From Klebsiella phage K64-1: 64,000 nucleotides of DNA. How positions within the stretch are numbered: the first letter of the stretch is position 1; every line of letters begins with the position of its first letter. Shown in pieces: positions 14,699 to 25,198 of the stretch. Location: the sequence record AB897757.1; one strand, given 5' to 3'. The notes beneath the pieces are model-generated. The model made no database searches. It saw only the letters and a program-made list of their open reading frames with translations, and was not told where the DNA came from. Position numbers and translations under genes: made by a program.

Positions 14699-16234
14699 AT
14701 GGAAATACCAAAAGTAGGAACAGGAACGTTCAGACCAAAGGCCAAAAAAGGTACTTCGTGCAAATTGATTATTCAAGATGAGGTTAATTGTAAGTTCGAA
14801 GGGTTAGATCCTTCCTTGCGTTCATTATTGATAAAAGAAGTATCATATATTTTACCATATGCGAAATTCACTCCAGCAGGTAGACTTGGCCGCTGGAATG
14901 GTGAAGTGAATTTTATGAATATGGGTGGTGGTACATATTTACATATGCTTGATAAACTTCTTCCAATATTAGATGAGTACGAAGTACAAATTGAATTAGA
15001 AGATCATAGGATTGATTATGGTTTTCAATTCGATCCGATTGATGAGAATATTTTCAGTGATGTAGTATTTCCAATTGGGCATCACATGGAAGGTAAAAGT
15101 ATTATTCTTCGTGAACATCAAGTAAACTCAGTAAATGCATGTTTAGCAAATCCACATGGATTATTATTAGCAGCAACTGGAGCCGGAAAGACAATTATCT
15201 GTGCAGCGTTAGCTCGTTCAGTACAGAAATACGGTCGTTCAGTAATTGTTGTCCCTAGTACTGATTTAGTTCAACAGACATATAATGATTATGTTATGAT
15301 GGGACTTGATACTGGGATGTTTTGTGGTGCTCAAAAGGATTTCGGTCATCAACATACTATTACTACATGGCAATCATTTAACTCCTTGTGGAAAAAAACC
15401 AAGAAGGGTGAAATAGAATTAACAGAGCAAGATGTTCATGATTTTATTGATGGTGTTGTTTGTGTTATTGTTGATGAAGTACAAACAGCCAGAGGTGATG
15501 CATTATCTAATCTATTATCAAAAGTAATGCAGAATGTTCCTTTGCGTTGGGGTTTAACTGGAACAATTCCAAAAGATCAAATTGAAGCAGCCAGAATTAA
15601 ATGCAATCTTGGCAATGTGATTTATACTGTTACATCAAAAGAATTACAAGATAAAAAGATACTAAGCACGTGTAACATTAGTTGTATAAAATTAAAAAGT
15701 TCAATGAAGTTTGAGAATTATGCCGAAGAATTAAAATTTCTAACAACTGATAGAGAAAGAATGTCATATGTTGCTAAGCTTATTCAAGCATTATCTGAAT
15801 CAGGTAATACATTAGTATTGGTTGATAGAATTGAATGTGGTAATCTTTTATGTGAATTTTTAGGTTTACCAAAATCAGAATTTGTTAAAGGTGACACAAA
15901 GAAAAAAGATCGTGAATCTTCTTATGGTGAAATTCGCTGGGCTGATAATAAAATTTTAATTGCTACATATGGGGTTGCTAGTACAGGCATAAGTATTTCA
16001 CGACTCTATAACGTAGTTCTTATAGAACCTGGAAAAAGTTTCATTAAGACAATTCAAAGTATAGGACGTGGATTACGCGTTGCCGAAGACAAAGACCATG
16101 TTGAAATCATTGATATCAGTAGTTCAACAAAATACAGTGCAAAACATCTCAGAGAGCGTTTGGTTTATTACAAGGAAGCAAAATATCCACATAATGTCAT
16201 AGAAGTAAAAGACTGGCAAAATCTCTCAGACTAA
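14699..16234 (+). CDS. uvsW: UvsW-like SF2 helicase
   Basis: LLLAATGAGKTIICAA (Walker A), VIVDEVQTA (DExx) and a C-terminal helicase domain. 511 aa against T4 UvsW at about 503 aa. Confidence 0.8.
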   Translation: MEIPKVGTGTFRPKAKKGTSCKLIIQDEVNCKFEGLDPSLRSLLIKEVSYILPYAKFTPAGRLGRWNGEVNFMNMGGGTYLHMLDKLLPILDEYEVQIELEDHRIDYGFQFDPIDENIFSDVVFPIGHHMEGKSIILREHQVNSVNACLANPHGLLLAATGAGKTIICAALARSVQKYGRSVIVVPSTDLVQQTYNDYVMMGLDTGMFCGAQKDFGHQHTITTWQSFNSLWKKTKKGEIELTEQDVHDFIDGVVCVIVDEVQTARGDALSNLLSKVMQNVPLRWGLTGTIPKDQIEAARIKCNLGNVIYTVTSKELQDKKILSTCNISCIKLKSSMKFENYAEELKFLTTDRERMSYVAKLIQALSESGNTLVLVDRIECGNLLCEFLGLPKSEFVKGDTKKKDRESSYGEIRWADNKILIATYGVASTGISISRLYNVVLIEPGKSFIKTIQSIGRGLRVAEDKDHVEIIDISSSTKYSAKHLRERLVYYKEAKYPHNVIEVKDWQNLSD

Positions 16235-16269
16235 AAAAACGGATTGAAGCTGAATGAAATCTAAAAAAA

Positions 16270-16278
16270 TGATATAAT
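16270..16278 (+). promoter_or_regulatory. extended -10 element TGATATAAT (promoter for 16311 gene)
   Basis: TGATATAAT lies 33 nt upstream of the ATG at 16311. The -35 is poor (TTGAAG with a 23-bp spacer). Confidence 0.4.
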
Positions 16279-16310
16279 TATTGTGTAAAATCAACAAGGA
16301 AGTAGAAATT

Positions 16311-16733
16311 ATGGAATTAAGAACTAGCATTTCTTTTATTGGTACTGAAGATGTACTATCTAAAATCGATTATCTAATCAATGAAGAATCTCTTATCGAT
16401 GATATGGTTTATTCGCTGGATTTTATCTCTGAACTGGAAACAGAAGATACTTATGTTTATCGTTGTTACAGTACTGGTGATTCGTGGGTAAACATCTATG
16501 ATATTCATTCACGATTTTCTACAAATGGAATTGATAAATGTGATATCATTTACACCAGTACTGATTCAGAGACTTATGTTGATGTGATCAGTTTGAGTGG
16601 AAATTTTGATGCTTATGTTGATTGTGATCCTGAAAAAATTCAGGAAATTTGTGAAACATATGGGCTTGAATTTTTTGGTTCAGATGAACCAGAAGAAGAA
16701 TACGACGACGACGAAGAAGAGGGATATTATTGA
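16311..16733 (+). CDS. hypothetical acidic protein
   Basis: ATG at 16311 with RBS AAGGAAG. The C-terminus is EEEYDDDEEEGYY. The track's 16281 start is TTG. Confidence 0.5.
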   Translation: MELRTSISFIGTEDVLSKIDYLINEESLIDDMVYSLDFISELETEDTYVYRCYSTGDSWVNIYDIHSRFSTNGIDKCDIIYTSTDSETYVDVISLSGNFDAYVDCDPEKIQEICETYGLEFFGSDEPEEEYDDDEEEGYY

Positions 16734-17230
16734 TGAATATTTTAACACCAGAAAATAACGCATTTGATATGGATTTGGTATCAGATTTAATTCCCGAAGA
16801 AATGTATTGCGTACTGGATTTAAGTCCAGGTGGAGATAGTGATTTTTATTTTCGTCATATCCTCAATACTATTACATTCAACAGCAACAGTGCTGATATT
16901 CAAATTGGTAATAAAGTACTACAAGTGCCTCTCAACTGGCAAATTATGTTAGGTGACGAAGACACTGGAATGGTAGAAATGTGTACTATTGAAAACATTC
17001 TTAATATGAAAGAACCAAAAGCATATGTTTTCAATCCAATTCGTTCTATGTATCCACGTTTTGAACCAGTTAAAGTACTAAGAGCATTTACTCTACCTAC
17101 TAAATGGCAAATTCCAATTGTACCAAAAAAGAATTTGCTATGTGTTCCATTACAACACGGTTCTAATCCACCTTGCGTATATTTCGCAGATGAAAATGAG
17201 AAAATTCAGGATTTACATTTGGGGCTATAA
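16730..17230 (+). CDS. hypothetical protein
   Basis: 166-aa ORF with ATGA start/stop overlap. Confidence 0.5.
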   Translation: MMNILTPENNAFDMDLVSDLIPEEMYCVLDLSPGGDSDFYFRHILNTITFNSNSADIQIGNKVLQVPLNWQIMLGDEDTGMVEMCTIENILNMKEPKAYVFNPIRSMYPRFEPVKVLRAFTLPTKWQIPIVPKKNLLCVPLQHGSNPPCVYFADENEKIQDLHLGL

Positions 17231-18027
17231 TGTCTGATAAAAAAGAATTACAAATTCAGGATGTATTACATCATATTGATATTGCAGATTATAAGTACTA
17301 TGATACACTTAGTGACGAAGAAAAGAAAAGTTTCACGCCATATACTGTTTTGAGATGGGTAAGTGCGTTGGACGATTCGTTATTGGTTACTTACAATGCA
17401 AAAGAGATTGAAAATGTATTCGGTAAATGGAAGAATGGTGGCAAAGAAGCATTGAACGAGCTTGTATTGGAACTCCAGAAAGATGGAGTTGGTGTTTTGA
17501 ATGTATCAAAATATTGCCACACTGAACCTTATGACTGGAGAATCAAATTTTCAGTTAAAGATAAAAAATCGAGTGAAAAATTGATTTCAACACTTAAAGA
17601 TTTTAGAATTAACTCATCTGAGATTCTTCAACTGGAAAATAGTGATGTACTAAAATATCAATTAATCTTTTTAAATGATATGGTTAATGATGGATTTTGG
17701 GAAATGAAAGACCACCCTGATTTGGTGTATCAATTGATGTGTTCAGTTCAGGATATGGTTGGTGCTGAACCTAAAGTACATAACTGGATCCCGTTTACTA
17801 AAGGTTTGAAGAATGTTAGTACTGAATTATTCAATATCATTAAACAAACCCAACCCGAATTAACACGAGAAAATATAAACGAGCTTGAATATAAAATTCT
17901 CCTTTTATCTTACTCTAAAGAATCTTTTAAAGAACTACTTGATGATTTTGGATATCAGGAGAGTGAAGTTAAAAAATTGTTAAAAACATTTAAAGAAGAA
18001 TGTTCGAAATATGGCAAAGAGATCTAG
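17230..18027 (+). CDS. hypothetical protein
   Basis: 265-aa ORF with start/stop overlap. Confidence 0.5.
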   Translation: MSDKKELQIQDVLHHIDIADYKYYDTLSDEEKKSFTPYTVLRWVSALDDSLLVTYNAKEIENVFGKWKNGGKEALNELVLELQKDGVGVLNVSKYCHTEPYDWRIKFSVKDKKSSEKLISTLKDFRINSSEILQLENSDVLKYQLIFLNDMVNDGFWEMKDHPDLVYQLMCSVQDMVGAEPKVHNWIPFTKGLKNVSTELFNIIKQTQPELTRENINELEYKILLLSYSKESFKELLDDFGYQESEVKKLLKTFKEECSKYGKEI

Positions 18028-18757
18028 TACAGGGGTAAGAAAAACCCCTATAAAGAAAATTAAAAAAGAAGAATATGTATGTTATTTCTGTGATAAAAAA
18101 TTTAAAAGAGAAAATACTATACTAACGCATAAATGTATTAAACGTGACCGATATAATGATCGAGAAAGTCGTTTAATGAGAGAAGCATTAAGAATATATC
18201 TTTTGTTTATGAAAATAAATCATTTACCACTAAAGAAAGATGTTGAACCACTAATGTATTTTATCAAATCTTTGTATTTTAATGACTTCTATGATTTCGC
18301 TAATTACATTCTAAATAATGATATACTTGAAAAAGAAAGATTTTTGAATCACATTATGACTAGTGGTATGTCAGTGCAGAAATGGACTACCCATGCAGTA
18401 CTTGAAGAGTGGGTTCTTCATGTATTAAAATACGAACATCCAGAACGTGGTGTAGAACGTTCTATTATGGCAATAGTCGAATGGTCTGAATTGACGTCAA
18501 ACGAATGGACTACCTTTTTTGATAATGTTTCTCCTGCTCGTTTTATTGCATGGGTAGAAAGTGGTAAAATATCTCCATGGTTATTATGGACTGTTCCACC
18601 GGAAGTGCTTAGAAAAATAACAGACCGACTTAGTGATTCTGAGCTTGAATATATAGTCAAATATATTGATCCTACTTATTATCAAATAAAAAGTATAAAT
18701 CCTTATCAAGTATCAGTGCAAAAATTAAAAACTATATTACAAGATTCGGGATTTTAA
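18011..18757 (+). CDS. hypothetical protein with N-terminal C2HC-type zinc finger
   Basis: CYFCDKKFKRENTILTHKC in a basic N-terminus. Confidence 0.5.
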   Translation: MAKRSSTGVRKTPIKKIKKEEYVCYFCDKKFKRENTILTHKCIKRDRYNDRESRLMREALRIYLLFMKINHLPLKKDVEPLMYFIKSLYFNDFYDFANYILNNDILEKERFLNHIMTSGMSVQKWTTHAVLEEWVLHVLKYEHPERGVERSIMAIVEWSELTSNEWTTFFDNVSPARFIAWVESGKISPWLLWTVPPEVLRKITDRLSDSELEYIVKYIDPTYYQIKSINPYQVSVQKLKTILQDSGF

Positions 18758-18760
18758 AAT

Positions 18761-19126
18761 ATGAGTATATATAAACAAACGATCAATGAAGGTAAAATTG
18801 ATAATCTCTATCACAGAAATGTAACTAAACCAGAAGTACAGAGTATTAAAAAATCATCTGAACTTAAATTGCTCAGAAGTGGAAGTGTAACTGAAATAAC
18901 ACTGGATGATAAAACATTTCAGGTTTATGATGCACATAAGATTCATAATATTATTACGTTCGTTGAACGACATGAAGATAGTATATTCAATTTAAGACAA
19001 GATAATAATAATCTTAAAAAACAAATACAAATACTATCAAAGAATATTCAAACATTACAAAGTACTGTTACAAAATTACAGGAACAATTAAAAAATGCAG
19101 GATTCAGTTCAAACAACTACTTATAA
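18761..19126 (+). CDS. hypothetical coiled-coil protein
   Basis: 121-aa ORF. Confidence 0.5.
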   Translation: MSIYKQTINEGKIDNLYHRNVTKPEVQSIKKSSELKLLRSGSVTEITLDDKTFQVYDAHKIHNIITFVERHEDSIFNLRQDNNNLKKQIQILSKNIQTLQSTVTKLQEQLKNAGFSSNNYL

Positions 19127-19736
19127 AAAAGCAAGAACCGACATTGACATTGATGTAAAAGATGCAAAAGAAGTAATAAGTATTCTTCCTTGTACAAGGA
19201 GTACTGAAAAAATTAATGAAAGTGGGTTAATCGTTCATAATAGTGGAGTTCATTTTGATAATATTCCTGTTGATCCTGTTACTGGGTATAGTAGTATTGA
19301 ATATAAAAAAGCCGAACAATTAGGGTATCAAAAAGTTGATATCCTTTCTAATTCGGCTTATAAGTACGTGAGAGACCGAGAACATTTAATTGAACTCGTT
19401 AATAAAGAACCACAATGGGATTTATTGCTGATACCAGAAATAGTAGAAGAATTGTCACATATTAAAAAACACATTTCACTTCTTAATGTATGGAAACCAC
19501 AAAGCATAGATGAACTGGCAATGTTTATTGCCATGATTCGTCCGGGGAAATACAAATGCCAAAGTATGAATTCATGGGATGAAGTACGTAAAGAAATATG
19601 GGATTACAGTACAGTACCAGTGCAGGCAGATGGTAAAAAGGTAATGTATTTCAAAAAACCACATGCTTACGCGTATAGTTTTATGATTGTGGTGCAATTG
19701 AACGCATTAGTTGAACACATTATGTCCTCTTCTTGA
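19095..19736 (+). CDS. hypothetical protein
   Basis: 213-aa ORF. Confidence 0.5.
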   Translation: MQDSVQTTTYKKARTDIDIDVKDAKEVISILPCTRSTEKINESGLIVHNSGVHFDNIPVDPVTGYSSIEYKKAEQLGYQKVDILSNSAYKYVRDREHLIELVNKEPQWDLLLIPEIVEELSHIKKHISLLNVWKPQSIDELAMFIAMIRPGKYKCQSMNSWDEVRKEIWDYSTVPVQADGKKVMYFKKPHAYAYSFMIVVQLNALVEHIMSSS

Positions 19737-20076
19737 GGGCAACATTTCTTCGTTTAATTCGTTTTTGCGGTAAATCGCTTAAAGATGTTTGTGGCCCACT
19801 GATGAATTTAATTTGTGGTGTATCGAAACGTTTAGTATAGTTTTCAAATTTTTCCATTTCTTCCTGGAAAAATAAACATACTGGAATAAGTCTATTACTC
19901 TGAAACCACCAGTCCTCTGCTAACTGGAGTATTTCCTCTCTTTCTTTTTTAGACATAAGATCCAAGCAATAGAGTGTTGTGTATTTGGTACTCTTTATTT
20001 TAATTATCCCAATGTAGGTATTTTCGTTGTGGTCGAGTACTGTAATGTATTCGGGAAATGCTTGGTATTGATTCAT
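19720..20076 (-). CDS. hypothetical protein (lone minus-strand gene)
   Basis: 118-aa ORF convergent with 19095..19736. The minus strand has an SD-like element and the TATAAATA element upstream. Confidence 0.5.
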   Translation of the reverse strand: MNQYQAFPEYITVLDHNENTYIGIIKIKSTKYTTLYCLDLMSKKEREEILQLAEDWWFQSNRLIPVCLFFQEEMEKFENYTKRFDTPQIKFISGPQTSLSDLPQKRIKRRNVALKKRT

Positions 20077-20121
20077 ATCACTTCCATAAATATTATATAG
20101 GTTTTAGTATTAAGTATTTAT

Positions 20122-20129
20122 AGAAGGAA
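20122..20129 (-). promoter_or_regulatory. T4 late-promoter-like TATAAATA box on the minus strand
   Basis: The reverse complement of 20122-20129 is TATAAATA, about 45 nt upstream of the minus-strand ATG at 20076. Confidence 0.3.
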
Positions 20130-20136
20130 AATATTA

Positions 20137-21114
20137 ATGTCTCATAGTGGCGTATATATGTACCCATATAATCAGGAAGTATCATTAGGAAATTTCAATA
20201 TGCCATTTCATAATGAGAAAATTGTTATATACAGAGGTGCGAATAATAATTTATCCTTTACAATCCATAATGCTGATGGAAAATATACAAAAATAAAAGA
20301 CAATGAATATTTGACATTCATGATCTTCGATGCAAGAAATAATAGTATTTTATTTAATACTGTACTTGATAAACAAATTCCATCGTGGTTATCTGAGAGT
20401 GGTCAGGCACGACAATCACTTGGTAATAAAGAAAAAGTTTATTATGGTTGTGTTGTTCCTGCTGGTGTTATTCAGGATACTAGTCCAGGTTTAAAATATC
20501 GATGGAGTATTGTCAAAACTACTATTGATGGTTCTCTTCTTGAACCCACTCAATATTTGTATACTGGACTTGATTATGAAGCATATGGTGAATTACAAAT
20601 TTCAGATAAAGCTGCACCTGTGTTTGTCCCCAGTACTGAAGTTTCAAAGGATAAAAATTCTTCATGGAAGTCTATCAAAGATAGTTACAGAGAAGTTATC
20701 AGTGATTCTATAAAAGGTGAATATGATGTGATGTGTACTTCTCCATTAGCAGCACAAATGCAGTATGGGTTAGTTGATGGATTGAGTACAATTGCACTTT
20801 ATACTGATAATTTTATTGGAAGAATTCAATTACAAGGTTCACTTGAAAATAATGTACCGTCTGATGTAGAGAATTACAAATGGTTTATTATTAAATTAGA
20901 TTCAAGTGAATATATTCAAAATAGTATAGATGAAAATGGATTTATTATTCCTATGAATGGAATACAGACATTTAATTTCAAAGGAAATTATATGTGGTTA
21001 AGAGTTGTGGTATGTATTCCACCAATCGAGTATACTGTTCCTTATGATTATAATACTGTCCGTAAAGAATACGATCCATTAAAAACACTTCCCAAAATAT
21101 TGATTCGTCGATAA
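20137..21114 (+). CDS. hypothetical protein
   Basis: 325-aa ORF. Confidence 0.5.
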   Translation: MSHSGVYMYPYNQEVSLGNFNMPFHNEKIVIYRGANNNLSFTIHNADGKYTKIKDNEYLTFMIFDARNNSILFNTVLDKQIPSWLSESGQARQSLGNKEKVYYGCVVPAGVIQDTSPGLKYRWSIVKTTIDGSLLEPTQYLYTGLDYEAYGELQISDKAAPVFVPSTEVSKDKNSSWKSIKDSYREVISDSIKGEYDVMCTSPLAAQMQYGLVDGLSTIALYTDNFIGRIQLQGSLENNVPSDVENYKWFIIKLDSSEYIQNSIDENGFIIPMNGIQTFNFKGNYMWLRVVVCIPPIEYTVPYDYNTVRKEYDPLKTLPKILIRR

Positions 21115-21116
21115 AT

Positions 21117-21146
21117 TTGAACAAAAATGCCTTTTGGTGATAGAAT
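21117..21146 (+). promoter_or_regulatory. sigma70-type early promoter (TTGAAC-18-TGaTAGAAT)
   Basis: TTGAAC at 21117-21122 and TAGAAT at 21141-21146 with an upstream TG. About 27 nt upstream of the primase ATG. Confidence 0.6.
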
Positions 21147-21172
21147 GATTTTATCAAAAGAAGGAAAACGAG

Positions 21173-22231
21173 ATGAATCAAGTTCAAAATATAGTATCTC
21201 AAATTTTTAAAGACCCGGTGCCAGCGATAAACCAGTGGAAAAGACATAACTGTCCTGCTTGTGTTTTTCGTGGTCAGGGTCGCCCAGATACAAGAGGACG
21301 TGGAAATCATATGTTCAATGCTGATGGTGGTATTGCATATAACTGCTTTAACTGTCATTTAAAAGTTTCATGGGTTCCTGGTTTATATATGAGCAAAGAT
21401 TTTAAATCTTTGCTTTCTTATTTTGGGGCTGATGAAAAAAGTATTACATATTTAGATCTCTTCGTTAAAGAAATGGTCAATAATGAAGAATATAAAAAAG
21501 AAACACCATCCTCTAAACTATTTCAAAATTTACAAACAAGATCGTTGCCAGAGAATGCAAAAACATTTATAGAATGGGCTAATACTGAACAACCACCAAA
21601 GGAATTCATTTCAGTACTAAATTCCGTAAATTCAAGAAATCCATATATTCTGGATTTGGACTTATACTGGAGTCCATCTAAAGAGCATCAATTATATAAT
21701 CGATTTATTATACCTTATTATATGAATAATAAAATAATTGGTTATACTGCTCGTCATAAAGAACACAATCCCACCAAGTCATTGCGATATATAAACCAAG
21801 TCAGTACTAATATTTTATATAATTATGATTTATTAAATGATAACAGAATTAAAACGATTTTAGTTACCGAAGGACCAATTGATGCCGCATTGATGGGTGG
21901 TGTAAGTGCAAACAACTATTTTTTAACTTCTCCACAGATTGAATTATTAAAAGCAGCACAGGAACGTGGTAAGAAAATAGTCATTGTACCTGACAGGGAT
22001 AAAAATGGATTGGAAGCAGTAAATCAGGCAATTGATAATGGGTTTAGTGTTTCATTACCAAATTTTGGAACTATTAAAGATCCAACCAAATTCGGACACA
22101 GACCAATAAAAGACTTCGATGAAGCATGTGTTATATATGGAAGAATATTTTGTTTACAATTAATACACGATTCAATACTAGATACTGAATTTTCAATCAA
22201 AACAAGAATTGCAAATTCATGGGATATATAA
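21173..22231 (+). CDS. 61: DNA primase (gp61-like; Zn ribbon + Toprim)
   Basis: N-terminal CPACVF...YNCFNCH zinc ribbon. Toprim region TEGPIDAALMGG matches T4 gp61 LEGPIDSLFIENG. Confidence 0.8.
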   Translation: MNQVQNIVSQIFKDPVPAINQWKRHNCPACVFRGQGRPDTRGRGNHMFNADGGIAYNCFNCHLKVSWVPGLYMSKDFKSLLSYFGADEKSITYLDLFVKEMVNNEEYKKETPSSKLFQNLQTRSLPENAKTFIEWANTEQPPKEFISVLNSVNSRNPYILDLDLYWSPSKEHQLYNRFIIPYYMNNKIIGYTARHKEHNPTKSLRYINQVSTNILYNYDLLNDNRIKTILVTEGPIDAALMGGVSANNYFLTSPQIELLKAAQERGKKIVIVPDRDKNGLEAVNQAIDNGFSVSLPNFGTIKDPTKFGHRPIKDFDEACVIYGRIFCLQLIHDSILDTEFSIKTRIANSWDI

Positions 22232-22245
22232 AATAAAGGAATATA

Positions 22246-23814
22246 ATGAACAAATCAATCACACCGGACGTGACTCAATATAGTATTAAAAATCAAGAAT
22301 ATCTTCTTTCTCAAATTTTTACAAATCCAGATTTGTATGTACGTTGTAAAAATATCTTAAAACCTGAATATTTTGATAAGATATTTCAAAACAGTATTCA
22401 GTACGTTCATGAATACAGTAATAAGTACAACGGTGGTTTCCCAACTCTACTTGATATTGAAGTTAAAAGTGGATTTCAATACACTGAAATTAAAGTATCT
22501 GAATTAAACAAACAAGCTGTATTAGATCATTGCGGTGAATTTTGTCGTCACAAAGCACTAGCACTTGCAGTTGAAAAGGGAATGGAATTAGTTCAACAAA
22601 AAAAATATGGTGGTATTGAAGAATTAATCCGTGAAGCCATGCTTGTTACTGTACAAAATGAATTAGGTCTTGATGTATATGAAAACCCAGAGGAAACAAT
22701 CCAGTCACTTAAAGATATGCAGGGTTCGATGCGAAGTGGATGGGATACTCTTGATTTCAAATTATTTGGTGGTTTTGGTAAACAAGAACTTGAAATATTC
22801 GCGGCGGCAAGTGGTGGTGGTAAATCGGTTGTACTACAAAATATCGCAGTTAACTTTTCCAAAATGGGATTAAATGGTGCATATATTTCACTGGAACTTG
22901 CAGAAGAACTGGTTGCGGTTCGTATCTATGGTATGATGACTGATACTAAACTGAGTACAATCAAAAGCGATGCAAGTAACATTGGTATGAAAATCGCCAT
23001 TGATGGTAAACAGTCTGGTTCACTGAGGATTAAGCGTTTACCAGAATCGATTACAACTTCTAATGATATCGAAAGTTACATTCGAGAATTACAAATAAAA
23101 ACTGGGATTAAACTGGATTATATTTGTGTGGACTACTTAGACTTGATGACCTCGGAACGTAGTACTGATGCATCAAACGTGTTTGTTAAGGATAAATTTG
23201 TATCAGAAGAATTACGTGCCTTAGCACATACTATGGACATGACTGTATTCACAGCCGCACAGTTTAACCGTAGTGGTATTAATGAAGAAAAGAAAAGTCA
23301 GGCACAAATTGCAGGTGGCATGTCAAAGATTTATACTGCTGATAACGTAATTTATATCGAAACTAATAAAGATAAAGGTGAACTTTGGTTTGACTTCCAG
23401 AAAACTCGTAACAGTTCTGCTGTAGGTTCAAAACTTCGCATGTCTTATAATATGGACTCTCTTCGAGTACTGGATCATGCACAAACAATTCAGGAGCTTG
23501 AGTGTAATAAGAGTGGTTTTAAGCTCACACAGAGCACTATGGGTGTTGGTGGAGGCTCAGTGACACAACCACCTTCGACTATGACAAGTCTTCGCCACAG
23601 CCTTTACAATGCAAATATGGGGCTATCTCAACCAGTTGAAGTTGAACACAATGTAGACAACACAAGTGTACTAAATACTGACAATGAGGATGTTTTAAAT
23701 TCACCAGCGTATGAAAATGAAACAATTGAAGAATTTGAAATTGTAGAATCGGTGCAGACAAAACTTTCTCCAAGTAAAATTAGTAATATGAGAGACTTTT
23801 TAGGGAAGAGATAG
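22246..23814 (+). CDS. 41: replicative DnaB-like helicase (gp41-like)
   Basis: Walker A AAASGGGKSVVLQN and a RecA-like core (DYLDLM, TAAQFNRSG). Confidence 0.8.
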   Translation: MNKSITPDVTQYSIKNQEYLLSQIFTNPDLYVRCKNILKPEYFDKIFQNSIQYVHEYSNKYNGGFPTLLDIEVKSGFQYTEIKVSELNKQAVLDHCGEFCRHKALALAVEKGMELVQQKKYGGIEELIREAMLVTVQNELGLDVYENPEETIQSLKDMQGSMRSGWDTLDFKLFGGFGKQELEIFAAASGGGKSVVLQNIAVNFSKMGLNGAYISLELAEELVAVRIYGMMTDTKLSTIKSDASNIGMKIAIDGKQSGSLRIKRLPESITTSNDIESYIRELQIKTGIKLDYICVDYLDLMTSERSTDASNVFVKDKFVSEELRALAHTMDMTVFTAAQFNRSGINEEKKSQAQIAGGMSKIYTADNVIYIETNKDKGELWFDFQKTRNSSAVGSKLRMSYNMDSLRVLDHAQTIQELECNKSGFKLTQSTMGVGGGSVTQPPSTMTSLRHSLYNANMGLSQPVEVEHNVDNTSVLNTDNEDVLNSPAYENETIEEFEIVESVQTKLSPSKISNMRDFLGKR

Positions 23815-23825
23815 GAATAATGTGA

Positions 23826-24095
23826 ATGGACGCAAAAAACCAAAATCTATTAGATAGTATTTTTGAACACACATCCGAAAAAAGATCAATACAGCATTTT
23901 AGTAATAGAGCAGATCACGCGATTAACTCTGTTATTAATTTACTTGAATATATAGAAACTGAATTTGATGCAGACGACGCTGAAGATTTAAAAAAGCGTT
24001 TATTTCTTAGTATAAAGAATAGAGACTATAAAAAGTTTCAAAAAGGATTGGAGAATATTGCACTCGATGAATCCAGAAAGAATAAGGATAATTGA
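23826..24095 (+). CDS. hypothetical protein
   Basis: 89-aa ORF. Confidence 0.45.
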   Translation: MDAKNQNLLDSIFEHTSEKRSIQHFSNRADHAINSVINLLEYIETEFDADDAEDLKKRLFLSIKNRDYKKFQKGLENIALDESRKNKDN

Positions 24096-24582
24096 TGATT
24101 TTTGACAAGTCCAAATTTGAAAAATTTACTAAACCACGTAAACTGAAATATATTCAGGAAAATGATTTTTTGGGATTTAATACAAAAAATGCAGTGATGG
24201 TATTATATTGTATAGAAAATGATTTAACAGATGTTGTATATGCACCTTGTGGATCTGAATGTAAAAATAACATCAACTAAACCATCCAAGTACTGTAATA
24301 GTTATAAAAACAGAAAGGAAGAAACATGTCCTCTGTGTCATAATTATTATAAAAATACAATGCAAGAGAAGTACAAAGAAAGTTGTACCAAAAAAATATG
24401 GTGTAGAAAATCCAATGAAAAGTACTGAAATTAGAGAAAACTATAAACAGAATTTCATTGAAAAAACAGGATATACAAATCCATTGTGCACAGGTACCGA
24501 TTCAAGAACAAAAAGAGATCAAACTTGTATTGTATTATTTGGTTCGGTATCTTCACAAAAACGACCCATCACTTTTGCCTAA
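24092..24582 (+). pseudogene. frameshifted, truncated relic of the 27097/46992 endonuclease-like family (N-terminal part only)
   Basis: Three successive frames carry segments that match in order the N-terminus of ORF 46992. ENDLTDVVYAPCGSEC matches LNDLDTIPIAACGNVC. SYKNRKEETCPLCH matches SYKMNKEETCPECH, with about 85% nucleotide identity to 47262-47290. KKYGVENPMKSTEIRENYKQNFIEKTGYTNPL is a NUMOD-like repeat. At least 2 frameshifts are present and no nuclease domain follows. Confidence 0.65.
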
Positions 24583-24805
24583 TTTAACAGAAGATGATAT
24601 AACTATCGGTTTGTATAAGTTCAATAAAATATACACTACTGGGAATTTGAAATATGAAAAAAACTATAAATGAAAATGCCAGTTCTGGAAGTACATCATC
24701 TGGATCTATTGCTTCCAGTACCAACGGATTACATTATCCGCTAGTCACCAGACTTCCCAAGACTAATTTCTTTGGAATGAAAGAATATAAAAAGAAGGAT
24801 AAAAA

Positions 24806-25198
24806 ATGAAACCATATACTTTCTATACAATCAATACAGTTGTTGATATTGGTGATGGTAGTACTCCTACTATATCAAATGGAAAGTTCACTGGTGCTAT
24901 GAATTTATCAAGGCTGGTAGAAACAATTACTATACATGATTATCCTATGATGGTAAGTATTGTAAAAACTGAAGTAGATTTATCAAAAGATAGTAATGCT
25001 GAATTTTACAATTTACCATCTGTGTGGGGAAAATGTGTTGTGAGTACTTTTAAGTTCGCATTAACAAATGATGTGACATTGAAAATTAATGGTGTTCCAT
25101 TGGTATTGCCTACTGTAGTTAATAATACCAGAATTACTAAATTCCAGACAATGAATACTAACAGGAATATCAGTATTATTAAGCAGACTTTTTATTAA
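24806..25198 (+). CDS. hypothetical protein
   Basis: 130-aa ORF with RBS AAGAAGGA. Confidence 0.5.
   Translation: MKPYTFYTINTVVDIGDGSTPTISNGKFTGAMNLSRLVETITIHDYPMMVSIVKTEVDLSKDSNAEFYNLPSVWGKCVVSTFKFALTNDVTLKINGVPLVLPTVVNNTRITKFQTMNTNRNISIIKQTFY

Noticed and set aside
24458-24673. 71-aa ORF 24458..24673 and the 24231..24428 and 24092..24280 ORFs as independent genes
   Set aside because: They are three frames of the same frameshifted endonuclease-family relic. The 24458 ORF has no homology support and no RBS.
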